From: Polyangia bacterium
Lineage (GTDB): Bacteria; Myxococcota_A; Polyangia; Fen-1088
Assembly (NCBI GenBank): GCA_036267635.1
Contig: DATAVR010000099.1
Location: forward strand, 54,244 to 118,243
Length of the DNA stretch: 64,000 nt
Direction of reading: 5' to 3'
Positions 46,031-55,512 of this stretch are shown in pieces. Made by a program: the position numbers and the translations under genes. The notes below the pieces were generated by a model. It did no database searches, was not told the origin of the DNA, and worked only from the letters and a program-made list of their open reading frames with translations. Each line of letters opens with the position of its first letter. Positions within the stretch are counted from its first letter, which is position 1.

Positions 46031-47473
46031 CTATGGAAAAGAGGCCGGCTGGAACAGATCCGAAAGATCGTTGTTGCCCGTCACCGTCGGCAAGATGGGC
46101 AGCCCGAAGATCTCGTCGATCGACTTGGTGAACGATCCGTGGGTGTAGGTTACCGAGCCGGTGTACCCCGTCTTGACGCCGGGACCGATGGCGACGAAGG
46201 GCATGAGCGGGCCCCCCCCTTCGGGCTCGTCCCACATGATGAACAGGACGCCCTGGTGCGCGTTCACGAAGTCGACGATCGGCGGCAGGTTGGCCGACAG
46301 CCAGGCGTCGCCCGCGGCGATCACGTTGGACGACGGGCAGCTCGAGTCGCCGTGCATGTCGTTGCAGACGTTGGGGGTGACGAAGTTGTATTGCGCGACC
46401 GACCCCGCAGCCAGCGCCTGACCGAAGGCGGCCGTCGTATAGGCCTGATGGTGGGCGGCGCAGGCGGCGTTGCTCGCCGACGGTGGGCTGCCCGACACGT
46501 CCTGGAAGAAGACGAATGGATCGTGCTTGGCGGCGTAGAACCCAGACGAATGAACCGGGCAGGCGCCGGTCGAGCCGTTCAGCCCTTCCTGAAAGCTCAT
46601 CCAGCTGACCGCGGGCGACGCGGCCGCCATCTGGGTGACGAGGTGCGCGGTCGACTTGGTGCTGTTGCTGGCCGATGGATCGCTGTCGGTGGTGAACGTG
46701 GCGTCGGAGAACGTGTTGGTCCCGGCCTCCATCCAGACGTAGTGCGGCTCGCTGGGGATGGCGTCCGGCAGCGGATCGTTGAACGCCGCCGCGTGCGCGT
46801 ACTTGGAGATGAGCCCGTTGAGGTAGGGGGCGTCGCTGCTGCCGTAGACGGACTGCGCCGCCTCGTTCTCCATCGCCACCACGAAGACGTACTTGATCGG
46901 TCCGCCGGCCGGATTGGTGGTCACCGGCGTTCCCCCAGCGCCGGTCGCGCTGCCAGCGCCGGTCGCGCTGCCGGCTCCGGTCGCGCCGCCCGCTCCGGTC
47001 GCGCCGCCCGTGCTGATCGGCGGCGTGGTGGTCGTCGCGGTCCCCCCGCTGCCTGTCGTGCTGCCGGTGCCGATCGTGCTACCCGCGCCGGTCGTGCCGC
47101 CCATGCTGGTCGGCGGCGTGGTCGTCGTCGTGGTTCCCCCGCTGCCGGTCGATCCCGCGGATGCCGCGCCGCCGCTCCCCGGCGCTCCAGCTTCGGACGA
47201 GGGCGCGCCAGAGCCCGCCGCGCCTCCCTCGGATGAGGTCGGTGCGGTCGGTCGCCCGGCAGCGCCGCCGGTGGCGGCCGTCTGCTTGCTCGAGCTGCCC
47301 CCCGAGCCGCCGCTGGCCCCCGGATCGATCTCGCTGTCGCCCGAACCGCCGTCGAGCGCCCCTCCCGCGCCCGCGCCCGAGCTGCAGCTCATCGTCAGCG
47401 ATAGGCCGACCGGGAGCAGCGTGGACAGGAGAAGAGAGAGGACATTGCTGTGCTTCGCTTTGGAGCGTGACAT
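46031..47473 (-). CDS. Phosphoesterase-family (PF04185, phospholipase C / acid phosphatase-like) lipoprotein with a long Gly/Ser/Thr low-complexity linker.
   Basis: The signal is MSRSKAKHSNVLSLLLSTLLPVGLSLTMSC. IKYVFVVAMENEAAQSVYG matches the phosphoesterase N-terminal block. Confidence 0.6.
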   Translation of the reverse strand: MSRSKAKHSNVLSLLLSTLLPVGLSLTMSCSSGAGAGGALDGGSGDSEIDPGASGGSGGSSSKQTAATGGAAGRPTAPTSSEGGAAGSGAPSSEAGAPGSGGAASAGSTGSGGTTTTTTPPTSMGGTTGAGSTIGTGSTTGSGGTATTTTPPISTGGATGAGGATGAGSATGAGSATGAGGTPVTTNPAGGPIKYVFVVAMENEAAQSVYGSSDAPYLNGLISKYAHAAAFNDPLPDAIPSEPHYVWMEAGTNTFSDATFTTDSDPSASNSTKSTAHLVTQMAAASPAVSWMSFQEGLNGSTGACPVHSSGFYAAKHDPFVFFQDVSGSPPSASNAACAAHHQAYTTAAFGQALAAGSVAQYNFVTPNVCNDMHGDSSCPSSNVIAAGDAWLSANLPPIVDFVNAHQGVLFIMWDEPEGGGPLMPFVAIGPGVKTGYTGSVTYTHGSFTKSIDEIFGLPILPTVTGNNDLSDLFQPASFP

Positions 47474-47535
47474 GTCCTTGGGTACGGACGGGGACCGCGG
47501 GTCGGACGTATCGGCCGCCCGCGCCGCTCGAGCGC

Positions 47536-48231
47536 CTAGAAGAGCTCGCCGAGCTTCGTGATCTGGTCGAAGGAGCTCTGCAACCAGACCTTCACCCGCT
47601 GGCGTTCGATCCGCGAAAACGTCTCGGGCGTCGTGGTCCCGTGGATGGCCGCCCAGAAGCTGACGTCGAAACGATCGATCTTCTGCATCACCGCCGGGTT
47701 GAGCTCGGGGAGCTCGAGGATGGCGGCGCCCAACCGCTCCGCCTCCGCGCGGGTCGGCGACTGGTCGAACAACGTGAAGGCCGTCCCGCGCCCGGCGTTC
47801 TTCACCACGCAATACTTGGCCTTGTCTCGGTAGCGGGCCAGCTGGCGCCCGAGCGTGATCACCGCGTCCTTGCCGTCGTCGATGACGTGCCAGAACACCA
47901 CCTTCACCCCGCTCTCGGCGGCGAGCTCGAAGATCCCCGCCTCGTCGATCCAGGCGCCCAGCAGCCGGTCGCTCTGGGCGGGCATGTCGACCACCACCCG
48001 CCGCTCCGTTTCGGTCGCCAGCTCCAGGAGCTGATCGGCGCTGGCGAAGTCGGTCAGATCGATGGGCCGGACGTAGTCGGCGTAGAAACGGACCAGCGCG
48101 CCGTGCGAGCCGTCGGCGTCAGCCAGCGCGAACGGCATCGCGCGGTCGATGCAGTACTGCGCGCAGAGGCGCGCCACCACCGATTTTCCGACGCCGCCTT
48201 TCTCGCCACCGATGAAATGAATCGTGCTCAT
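47536..48231 (-). CDS. ParA / MinD-superfamily P-loop ATPase (deviant Walker A), 231 aa.
   Basis: The sequence reads MSTIHFIGGEKGGVGKSVVARL (KGGxGKS). Confidence 0.6.
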   Translation of the reverse strand: MSTIHFIGGEKGGVGKSVVARLCAQYCIDRAMPFALADADGSHGALVRFYADYVRPIDLTDFASADQLLELATETERRVVVDMPAQSDRLLGAWIDEAGIFELAAESGVKVVFWHVIDDGKDAVITLGRQLARYRDKAKYCVVKNAGRGTAFTLFDQSPTRAEAERLGAAILELPELNPAVMQKIDRFDVSFWAAIHGTTTPETFSRIERQRVKVWLQSSFDQITKLGELF

Positions 48232-48298
48232 GGGGCGGCAGTCTACCCGCGGTCTATTTCCGGCGGAGGACGATAATGTTTCGATTCGACGGAGGAGG

Positions 48299-48739
48299 CT
48301 ACCGGCCGGGCGCAGGCGCCGGGAGATCGGCCTCGCTCAACCCCAACGCCTTCAGCCATTCGGGCGTCGGGGGGATGAGCTTGCGCGCGGCCAGATCAAA
48401 AAGCGCGATGGTGAACAGGGCCTCGCAGCAGAGGTTGCCGTCGGGGTCGTGGATCTGTTGCACCACCCGGCCGATCTTCCCGAGGTACGACTCCATCCAG
48501 GTCTTGATGACGATCCGCTGGCGATTCCGGAGCTCGCGTTGAAACTTCAGGTTGATCTCGAGGATGGTGGGACCGATCCGCCGCCGCACCACTTCGTCCA
48601 GGCCGTAGCCGTTGCGGGTGACGAGATCCCACCGTGCCTCTTCGAAGATCTCGAGGTACTTGGCGTTGTTGACGTGCCCAAAGGTGTCGAGGTGCTGCTC
48701 GCGGATGACGAGCTCGTAATCGTGTGCGCGGCCGAGCAT
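48299..48739 (-). CDS. Acyl-CoA thioesterase, a 4HBT hotdog of the YbgC type.
   Basis: The motif is HLDTFGHVNNAKYLEIFEEARW. Confidence 0.8.
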   Translation of the reverse strand: MLGRAHDYELVIREQHLDTFGHVNNAKYLEIFEEARWDLVTRNGYGLDEVVRRRIGPTILEINLKFQRELRNRQRIVIKTWMESYLGKIGRVVQQIHDPDGNLCCEALFTIALFDLAARKLIPPTPEWLKALGLSEADLPAPAPGR

Positions 48740-48787
48740 GGCGAATCCTCCAGCCGCGAGCTTAGCGTCCTCGGCCTCCCGACCGGA

Positions 48788-49540
48788 TCAGAACTGCGCG
48801 GCGCCGGCGAGGGAAATGACCTTGATGCCGTCGTCGCCCGCGGTGCAGTCCCCCTGGTTGCTGCTGCACCACTCTTCTTTCAGGTAGTCGAAGTTGACCA
48901 GTCCACCCAGCGACAGGGCATCGGAGAGACGGAAGAACGCCCCCAGATTGGCTCCGACCAAGAAGCCCTCGCCACCGACGCTGACGTCCACGTTGTAGTA
49001 CGCAGAGCTCGCCGACACGCTCTCGGAGTCATAAAAGAAGCCCAGCTTCGGACCCACCACTATCTCCGCCGTGGGTGCCACCTGCAGGTGGTAGAGGGGA
49101 GCGGCCGAGACCTGAATGACGTAAGCACTCACGCTCGCGCCGTCCGGAACGTTGCTGAAGTTCCAGAGATCGAACAGCGCCTCGGCATTGAAGGAGACCT
49201 GCTCGTTCAGTCGGGCGCCGATGAGGCCACCGACCCGCAGCCCGGGGCCCGTGCCGGAGTTGTCGTTCTGGATGGAATGAATGCCGATGAACGGCATCGC
49301 CAAGAACGGTTTGTAGGGTGCCATAGCCGGCTGGGCGGCCGGCGTGTACTGCGGGGGAGCGCCCGGCGGCGGTGTGGCCACGTACGCACCAGGCGGCGGC
49401 GCGTTTGGATCCGCGGCGGGGGGATATCCCGCGGGCGGCGCGGCGTCCTGCGCCCACGCGGCCGAAAGGCCGGCGATACCGGAAACCAGCAGTCCAGCTA
49501 CGAACGACCCGAATCTAATCGAGCGATTGCGAGAGATCAT
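48788..49540 (-). CDS. Small outer-membrane beta-barrel protein with a Pro-rich N-terminal extension.
   Basis: The signal peptide is ...FVAGLLVSGIAGLSAAWA. A Pro-rich stretch is followed by beta-strands. The C-terminus is ...SLAGAAQF. Confidence 0.6.
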   Translation of the reverse strand: MISRNRSIRFGSFVAGLLVSGIAGLSAAWAQDAAPPAGYPPAADPNAPPPGAYVATPPPGAPPQYTPAAQPAMAPYKPFLAMPFIGIHSIQNDNSGTGPGLRVGGLIGARLNEQVSFNAEALFDLWNFSNVPDGASVSAYVIQVSAAPLYHLQVAPTAEIVVGPKLGFFYDSESVSASSAYYNVDVSVGGEGFLVGANLGAFFRLSDALSLGGLVNFDYLKEEWCSSNQGDCTAGDDGIKVISLAGAAQF

Positions 49541-49720
49541 GAGGGGATCCTTTCTCAGAGAGGCCCGTCTGCCATTGCCGTTTCAAACAGAGTTGCAGCG
49601 GGAAGAACGTCCGAACTGCTGATAGTTCCTCGTCCGCGGCAGGTAGCGTAACGCACGTCGCAATTTCGGTAAACTATCGTCACTCTGCGATGCGATGCGA
49701 TGCGGGCCAGCGCGGCGCGC

Positions 49721-50683
49721 TCAGCCGGCGACCAGGCGGCCCGAGCGGTAGTCGTCGACCGCCTGACGAATCTCGTCGTCGGTGTTCATCACGAACGGAC
49801 CGTAGCGCGCGACCGGCTCACCGAGCGGTCGGCCGGCGAGACAGAGCATCCGGCCGCCCGCGTCCGAGCGCAGCGCCAGGAGATCGCCCGGTCCGAGCAC
49901 GGCGAGCTGCCCCGCCCCGACCGTCGTGCGCGCGCCGCCGATCTGGACGCTCCCCTCGATGACGTAGACGAACGCGTTGTGCGCGGTCGGCAGCGCGCGC
50001 GACATTGCGCCACGCGGCGGCAAGCTGACGTCGAGCATCTCGGGCGCGGTGACGATCCCTTCCACCGGTCCGCGCTTGCCGTCGACCTCGCCGGCGACCA
50101 GGCGCACCGCCGCGTCGTCGACCATCGTCTCGACCACCCGGCCGGGGGCGATGTCCTGATAGCGTGGCCGGATCATCTTGTTCGCCGCGGGGAGGTTCAC
50201 CCACAGCTGAAAGCCCCACATCCGACCCTTTTCCTGTTGCGGCATCTCCGAATGAACGATGCCGTGCCCAGCGGTCATCCATTGCGCGCTGCCCGGGCCG
50301 AGGTGGCCGTGGTTGCCCATGCTGTCCCGGTGCTCCATCGCGCCGTCGAGCACGTAGGTCACCGTCTCGAAGCCGCGGTGCGGGTGGGTCGGGAAACCGG
50401 GCAGGTAGTCGTCGGGGTTCTCGGAGTGGATCTCGTCGAGCAGCAGGAACGGATCGAGCATCGGCAGCAGGCGCGAGCCGAGCGCGCGGCGCAGCCGAAC
50501 CCCCGCCCCCTCGACGGTCGGTTGCGCGTCGACCAGGTTGGCCACCTCGCGCGGGCGCGGCGGACCGAGGGCGGCGGCGCGCGGCGCGTCCATCCGGCAG
50601 GCGGCGAGCGCGCCGGCCGGAATACCGAGGGCCAGCGCTTTGACGACGTCGCGGCGATCGAGGTCGTCCGGGCCACGCCGCAT
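49721..50683 (-). CDS. Pirin-family cupin protein with a Tat / lipoprotein-like signal.
   Basis: The pirin N-terminal domain has HPHRGFETVTYVLDG and ...QLWVNLP. The N-terminal DRRDVVKALALGIPAGALAAC reads as twin-arginine followed by a lipobox. Confidence 0.75.
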   Translation of the reverse strand: MRRGPDDLDRRDVVKALALGIPAGALAACRMDAPRAAALGPPRPREVANLVDAQPTVEGAGVRLRRALGSRLLPMLDPFLLLDEIHSENPDDYLPGFPTHPHRGFETVTYVLDGAMEHRDSMGNHGHLGPGSAQWMTAGHGIVHSEMPQQEKGRMWGFQLWVNLPAANKMIRPRYQDIAPGRVVETMVDDAAVRLVAGEVDGKRGPVEGIVTAPEMLDVSLPPRGAMSRALPTAHNAFVYVIEGSVQIGGARTTVGAGQLAVLGPGDLLALRSDAGGRMLCLAGRPLGEPVARYGPFVMNTDDEIRQAVDDYRSGRLVAG

Positions 50684-50706
50684 ACTGAAATGCTACCATG
50701 CTGCCC

Positions 50707-50760
<54 letters not shown>

Positions 50761-50848
50761 CGGACGAATGCTTCTCGGGCTGGAGTTGGAGATCGACGGA
50801 TAGACCGTCTGTTCTGGCGCCGTGGAGTTCCTGATATAAACGACGGAC

Positions 50849-52051
50849 GTGGCACGGCCCTGTTGGCGGATCGGGTTCTGGTTGGCGTCCGCGTTGGCGC
50901 TGTCGCTGAACGGGGCCTGCGGCGGCTCATCCGACACGCCGGCCTCTGATGCCGGTCGCGACGTGAAGCCGGCGCCGAGCGACGGCGGCGACGACGCGGC
51001 CAGTCCCGATGTGAGGCGCGACGCCGCCAGCGACACCACGGAGAAGGACGCCACGGCGACCGACGCCGTCGATGCCCTCGCGGCCGACTGCATGACCGGC
51101 CCGTCCGGCGAGCCGACCGAGCTCCGCTGCTCGGGGCTCTACGCCGACTGGGCGAGCAAGACCGTCGCCTCCGACGTGCGCCAATACGATCCTGGCCTGC
51201 ACCTCTGGAGCGACGGCGCCAGCAAGACGCGCTGGATCTACCTGCCGCCGGGCACGAAGATCGACAGCTCGAACATGGACCAGTGGACGTTCAGCCCTGG
51301 CACCAAGGTCTGGAAAGAGTTCGTGGTCGGCGGCGTGCGGATCGAGACGCGCCTCATCTGGAAACGGCCGTCCGGGGCCTGGTACCTCACGACCTACCGC
51401 TGGTCGGCCGACGGGACGAGCACCACCGAGCTCCTCACCGGCGAGCTCGACGCCGACGGGAACGGCTACGAGGTGCCGACGCAGGGCGCCTGCCACGACT
51501 GCCACGACGGCCGCATCGATTCGATCCTCGGCTTCGAGGCGGTGGCGCTGTCGTCGCCGCAGGCCTCCGGCGTCACGATGGCGACCCTCACCGCCGGCAA
51601 TCTCCTCACCGATCCGCCCGCAAGCCCGATCACCATCCCCGGCAACGCCACCGCCGCCGCCGCGCTCGGCTATCTCCACATGAACTGCGGCACCTCCTGC
51701 CACAACGGCGACACGGGCGAGGCGGGCTACACCGGTCTGCTCATGCGGCTCGACGTGGCGACCCTGGCGAGCGTCCAGACCACCAACACCTGGACCACCG
51801 GCGTAGGCGTGAACGCCCTCTTCCAGGTCGCGGGCCTGGCGGACCCGAGCCCGCTGATCTTCGCCCCCTGCGATCCCGACGACAGCGCCGCCTACTACCG
51901 CATGGACCATCGCGACGACGTCGACGGCACGCCCGAAGGCACCCAGATGCCGCCCGAGGTCACACACAAGGTCGACACCGACGGCGTGGCGATGATCGCC
52001 GCCTGGCTGAACGGCCTCTCCCAGTGCGGCACGACCACCGCCGCGCCGTAG
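50849..52051 (+). CDS. Lipoprotein of unknown function with one canonical CXXCH and one CX3CH motif, a possible c-type haem protein.
   Basis: The lipobox is MARPCWRIGFWLASALALSLNGAC. The cysteine motifs are GACHDCHDG and NCGTSCHNG. Confidence 0.5.
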   Translation: MARPCWRIGFWLASALALSLNGACGGSSDTPASDAGRDVKPAPSDGGDDAASPDVRRDAASDTTEKDATATDAVDALAADCMTGPSGEPTELRCSGLYADWASKTVASDVRQYDPGLHLWSDGASKTRWIYLPPGTKIDSSNMDQWTFSPGTKVWKEFVVGGVRIETRLIWKRPSGAWYLTTYRWSADGTSTTELLTGELDADGNGYEVPTQGACHDCHDGRIDSILGFEAVALSSPQASGVTMATLTAGNLLTDPPASPITIPGNATAAAALGYLHMNCGTSCHNGDTGEAGYTGLLMRLDVATLASVQTTNTWTTGVGVNALFQVAGLADPSPLIFAPCDPDDSAAYYRMDHRDDVDGTPEGTQMPPEVTHKVDTDGVAMIAAWLNGLSQCGTTTAAP

Positions 52052-52099
52052 CACAGCCGCCATCATCGCCCGCCGAGACCACGTGCTAGCCTCGGCGGC

Positions 52100-52369
52100 A
52101 TGTGCCGGAACATCAAGACGCTGTTCAACTTCGCGCCGCCCGCGACGGACGAAGAGATCCGCTCGGCCAGCGAGCAGTTCGTGCGCAAGCTGAGCGGGTT
52201 CGCCCACCCGTCGCACGAGAACGAGAAGGCCTTCGCGCGCGCCGTCGACGACACCTTTCGTGTCGCCCGCCGTCTGGTCGATCAGCTGGTGACGCACGCT
52301 CCGCCGCGCGATCGCGAAATCGAGGCGGCCAAGGCCAAGGCCCGGTCGATCAAGCGCTTCGGCGCCTGA
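52100..52369 (+). CDS. DUF2277-family small protein.
   Basis: The conserved N-terminus of this family is MCRNIKTLFNFAPPATDEEI. The protein is 89 aa. Confidence 0.6.
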   Translation: MCRNIKTLFNFAPPATDEEIRSASEQFVRKLSGFAHPSHENEKAFARAVDDTFRVARRLVDQLVTHAPPRDREIEAAKAKARSIKRFGA

Positions 52370-52391
52370 GACGCCCGGGCCCTAGACGTCG

Positions 52392-53360
52392 ATGATCGTC
52401 TCCTTCGTCCTGCCGGCGCTCTTCGCCGCATCGATCGCACTGCCCGGCGGACCGCCGGTGGGGATGGACTACCTCGCCTGCGACGCGGCCCACGGCCGGG
52501 TCTGGGTGCCGGCCGGGAACACCGGCAACGTCGACGTCGTCGAGGTGGCGACCGGCAAGGTGACGACGGTCGGCGGTTTCCCCACCGCTCCCCCCCGTCG
52601 ACCCGGCCGCCCGCGGATGGGGCCCAGCTCGGCGAGCGCCGGGGATGGCGTGGTCTGGATCGGCAACCGCGCCGACGGAACGATCTGCGCGGTCGATTCT
52701 CGCACCTTGGCGCGCGGCGCCTGTGTCCGGCTGCCGTCGATGCCCGACGGCCTGGCGTACGTCCCGACCACGCACGAGCTCTGGGTGACGACGCCGCGCG
52801 ATCAGACGATCACCATCGTCGACGTCTTGGCGAAAAAACCGGCTGCGCCCGCGACGATCAAGATCGACGGGGATCCCGAAGGGCTGACGGTCGATCCCGC
52901 GCGGGGGATTTTCTACACCAACGTCGAGGACAAGGACCGCACGCTGGCCATCGACGTCAAGACGCGGAAGATCGTGGCCAGCTGGCCGGCCGGCTGCGGC
53001 GCCGACGGGCCGCGCGGGCTGGCCATCGACGAAGCGCGAGGGCTGCTGTTCGTCGCCTGCACCGACGGCGCGGTCGCGCGCGATCTGCGCCACGACGGCA
53101 AGGAGGTGGGGCGGCTCAAGACGGCGGCCGGCGTCGACAACATCGCCTATTCCCCCAAGCGCGGCCTCTTGTTCGTCGCTTCGGGGAAAGACGGAACGCT
53201 CACCATCGCCCGGGTCGATCCGAAGGGCGCACTCAGGGCGATCGGTTCCTTCCCGACGGCGCCCGGCGCGCGCTGCGTGGTGGTCGACGGCGACGGCACC
53301 GCCTACGTCGCCGATTCGGCGGGCGGGCGGTTGATCGTGGTGAAGCCACCGTCCCCGTAG
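52392..53360 (+). CDS. Secreted beta-propeller repeat protein (YVTN / PQQ-like repeats).
   Basis: A signal peptide is followed by repeated units of the form G..VWV... / LAY.P....LWVT. Confidence 0.5.
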   Translation: MIVSFVLPALFAASIALPGGPPVGMDYLACDAAHGRVWVPAGNTGNVDVVEVATGKVTTVGGFPTAPPRRPGRPRMGPSSASAGDGVVWIGNRADGTICAVDSRTLARGACVRLPSMPDGLAYVPTTHELWVTTPRDQTITIVDVLAKKPAAPATIKIDGDPEGLTVDPARGIFYTNVEDKDRTLAIDVKTRKIVASWPAGCGADGPRGLAIDEARGLLFVACTDGAVARDLRHDGKEVGRLKTAAGVDNIAYSPKRGLLFVASGKDGTLTIARVDPKGALRAIGSFPTAPGARCVVVDGDGTAYVADSAGGRLIVVKPPSP

Positions 53361-53393
53361 CGCGACGGCAATCGCCACGCGGAGGAGGCGACG

Positions 53394-54056
53394 CTACGGC
53401 GCGACGCCGGGGCGGCTGTCGATGCCGGTGTGCGTCCGACTGACGCCGGGCGGTTGACCGGGCAGCTGCAGCGCGGGCGGCGGCGGCGCGGCGGGCAGCG
53501 TGGCGACCAGCGCCATCGCATCGGCCTGCTGCTGCAGCAGCGTGGGGGCGATCTCCCGCAGCATCGCCGCCATCCCCGGGGCCCGCGCCAGCGCCTGCGC
53601 CTTCTGCGTCTGGTCGAGCGCCGCCTGGTTGACGTTCACCATCTTGCTGGCGAAGTCGGTGTCGAAGCGCTCGGGCGTCGAGCTCACCAGGTCGACCCGG
53701 GTCAGCGGGCCATTGGCCATCGCGCCGGCGCCCAGGCGGATCTCGTCGACGTTCATTCCTTGCTCGCGCGCGTAGTTCATTATCTTCGCGTCGGCGGCGG
53801 CGCGAGCCCTCAACACCGAGGTGCCGAAGTCCCGGACCTCGGCGGTCGTCCCCCGCAGCTCGGCGATCGCGGCGTCCGCGATCGCCGACTGATTTTCCCG
53901 GTGCAGCTCCGTCAAGACCGTCTGCTCGCCGCTCCCGCGCTCGTCGAAGCGAGACTCAGGGGCCGGCGCGGCGGTCTCTGCCGCCACCCCAGCCGAAACG
54001 AGCAGACAAACCGCCGCCCCCGCGGCCCACCAACTGCCGAGCTTGGCTCTTCCCAT
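53394..54056 (-). CDS. Secreted DUF4142-family protein.
   Basis: A signal peptide precedes a helical domain that contains the internal repeat 'F.......A...E...A..A'. Confidence 0.4.
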   Translation of the reverse strand: MGRAKLGSWWAAGAAVCLLVSAGVAAETAAPAPESRFDERGSGEQTVLTELHRENQSAIADAAIAELRGTTAEVRDFGTSVLRARAAADAKIMNYAREQGMNVDEIRLGAGAMANGPLTRVDLVSSTPERFDTDFASKMVNVNQAALDQTQKAQALARAPGMAAMLREIAPTLLQQQADAMALVATLPAAPPPPALQLPGQPPGVSRTHTGIDSRPGVAP

Positions 54057-54158
54057 CGCCCACCTCCCCCTCATCCTTGAAAGCTGATCCTCCCTGAATG
54101 CTTATCCTCGTGCCCCCGGCGTCAAGCCCGAGCGTCGATCGCGACGTATACTCGAGCT

Positions 54159-54377
54159 ATGAGCAAGTTTCGCGGGACGGTTCGCAGGAACGATCTCGAA
54201 GGCGGGCATTGGCAGCTGGTGGCCGACGACGGCACCACCTACGTGCTCGACGGCGCGACAGGCGGGATCGAGCAGGACGGCGCCAAGGTCGAAGTCGACG
54301 GCGCCGTCGATCGCGAGGCGATGGGCTTCGCGATGACCGGTCCGACGCTGCGCGTGAAGAGCGGAAAAAAGATCTGA
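54159..54377 (+). CDS. Small hypothetical protein of 72 aa.
   Basis: The ORF MSKFRGTVRRNDLEGGHWQLVADDGTTYVLDG... is a compact Gly-rich beta-like peptide. No family was recognised. Confidence 0.3.
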   Translation: MSKFRGTVRRNDLEGGHWQLVADDGTTYVLDGATGGIEQDGAKVEVDGAVDREAMGFAMTGPTLRVKSGKKI

Positions 54378-54402
54378 CCGTCCTGGTCTAAAGTACCGGC
54401 GG

Positions 54403-55488
54403 ATGGAGGACATTCGCCGGGCCACCCGCCGCTACGAGCAGTGGTTGGGCGGGCTGATTCCGCTGGTGCGCGCCGATCTGCGCGCCAAGCACGCACGCAT
54501 GAGCCTGGGCCCGTTCTTCTTCATGCGGGCCACGTTCTACCGCTGGTGCCAGCTCTGGCAGGCCAAGACCAAGGAGAGGGGAGAGGCGGCGCGCGGGGTT
54601 TTGGTCGGCGCGGTGGGCGATCTGCACCTCGAGAACTTCGGCACCTGGCGGGACACCGACGGGCGGCTCATCTGGGGAATCAACGACTTCGACGAGACGA
54701 CGCCGCTCCCCTGGACCCAGGATCTGGTGCGGCTGGCGGCCAGCGCGCACCTGGCGATCTTCACCGATCACATCGCGGTGCGCCGGCGCACCGCCTGCGA
54801 GGCGATCCTCGAGGGCTACCGCGACGGCGTCGAGGTGGGCGGGCGGCCGTTCGTGCTCGAGGAGACGCACGGGTGGCTGCGCGACGTCGCCACCAGCGAG
54901 CTGCGCGACCCGACGACGTTCTGGGAGAAGATGAACGGGCTGCGAACCGCGCCCGACGTCGATCGCGGGGCCGCCGCCGCCATCACGGCCGCCATGCCGG
55001 CGGGCGATCTGCCGATTCGCTTCGTCCGGCGGGTGGCCGGCATGGGGAGCCTCGGGCGGCCGCGCTTCGTCGGCATCGCCGACTGGCGCGGCGGGCGCGT
55101 CGCGCGCGAGGCGAAGGCGACCGCGCCGTCGGCCTGGGTCTGGGCGTGCGGCGCCACCGCCGACGGAACCGACCGCTACACCCAGATCATCGCCCGCGCC
55201 GTCCGCGTCCCCGATCCGACCGTCCGGATCGTGAACGGCTGGTTGGTGCGGCGCCTGGCGCCCCACTGCGCGCGCATCGAGCTGGTCGATCTTCCGTCGA
55301 GCCGCGACGAGGAACGGCTGCTCTACGCGATGGGATTCGAAACGGCGAACGTGCACCTGGGGACGCCGCGCATCCGCGCGATCTTGCGCAAGCAGATCGC
55401 CGCCCGCCGCGGCCACTGGCTGCACGAAACGGCCAAGGAGATGGCCGAGGCGGTCGCGCGCGACTGGCGGGAGTGGCGGGCGGCCTAG
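54403..55488 (+). CDS. DUF2252-family protein.
   Basis: VGDLHLENFGTWRD is the characteristic DUF2252 block. The protein is 361 aa. Confidence 0.6.
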   Translation: MEDIRRATRRYEQWLGGLIPLVRADLRAKHARMSLGPFFFMRATFYRWCQLWQAKTKERGEAARGVLVGAVGDLHLENFGTWRDTDGRLIWGINDFDETTPLPWTQDLVRLAASAHLAIFTDHIAVRRRTACEAILEGYRDGVEVGGRPFVLEETHGWLRDVATSELRDPTTFWEKMNGLRTAPDVDRGAAAAITAAMPAGDLPIRFVRRVAGMGSLGRPRFVGIADWRGGRVAREAKATAPSAWVWACGATADGTDRYTQIIARAVRVPDPTVRIVNGWLVRRLAPHCARIELVDLPSSRDEERLLYAMGFETANVHLGTPRIRAILRKQIAARRGHWLHETAKEMAEAVARDWREWRAA

Positions 55489-55512
55489 CGAGCGCCCCGA
55501 CGGATCGCCCGG

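Noticed and set aside
50927-52297. 456-aa ORF on the minus strand.
   Set aside because: It is antisense to the CXXCH lipoprotein gene.
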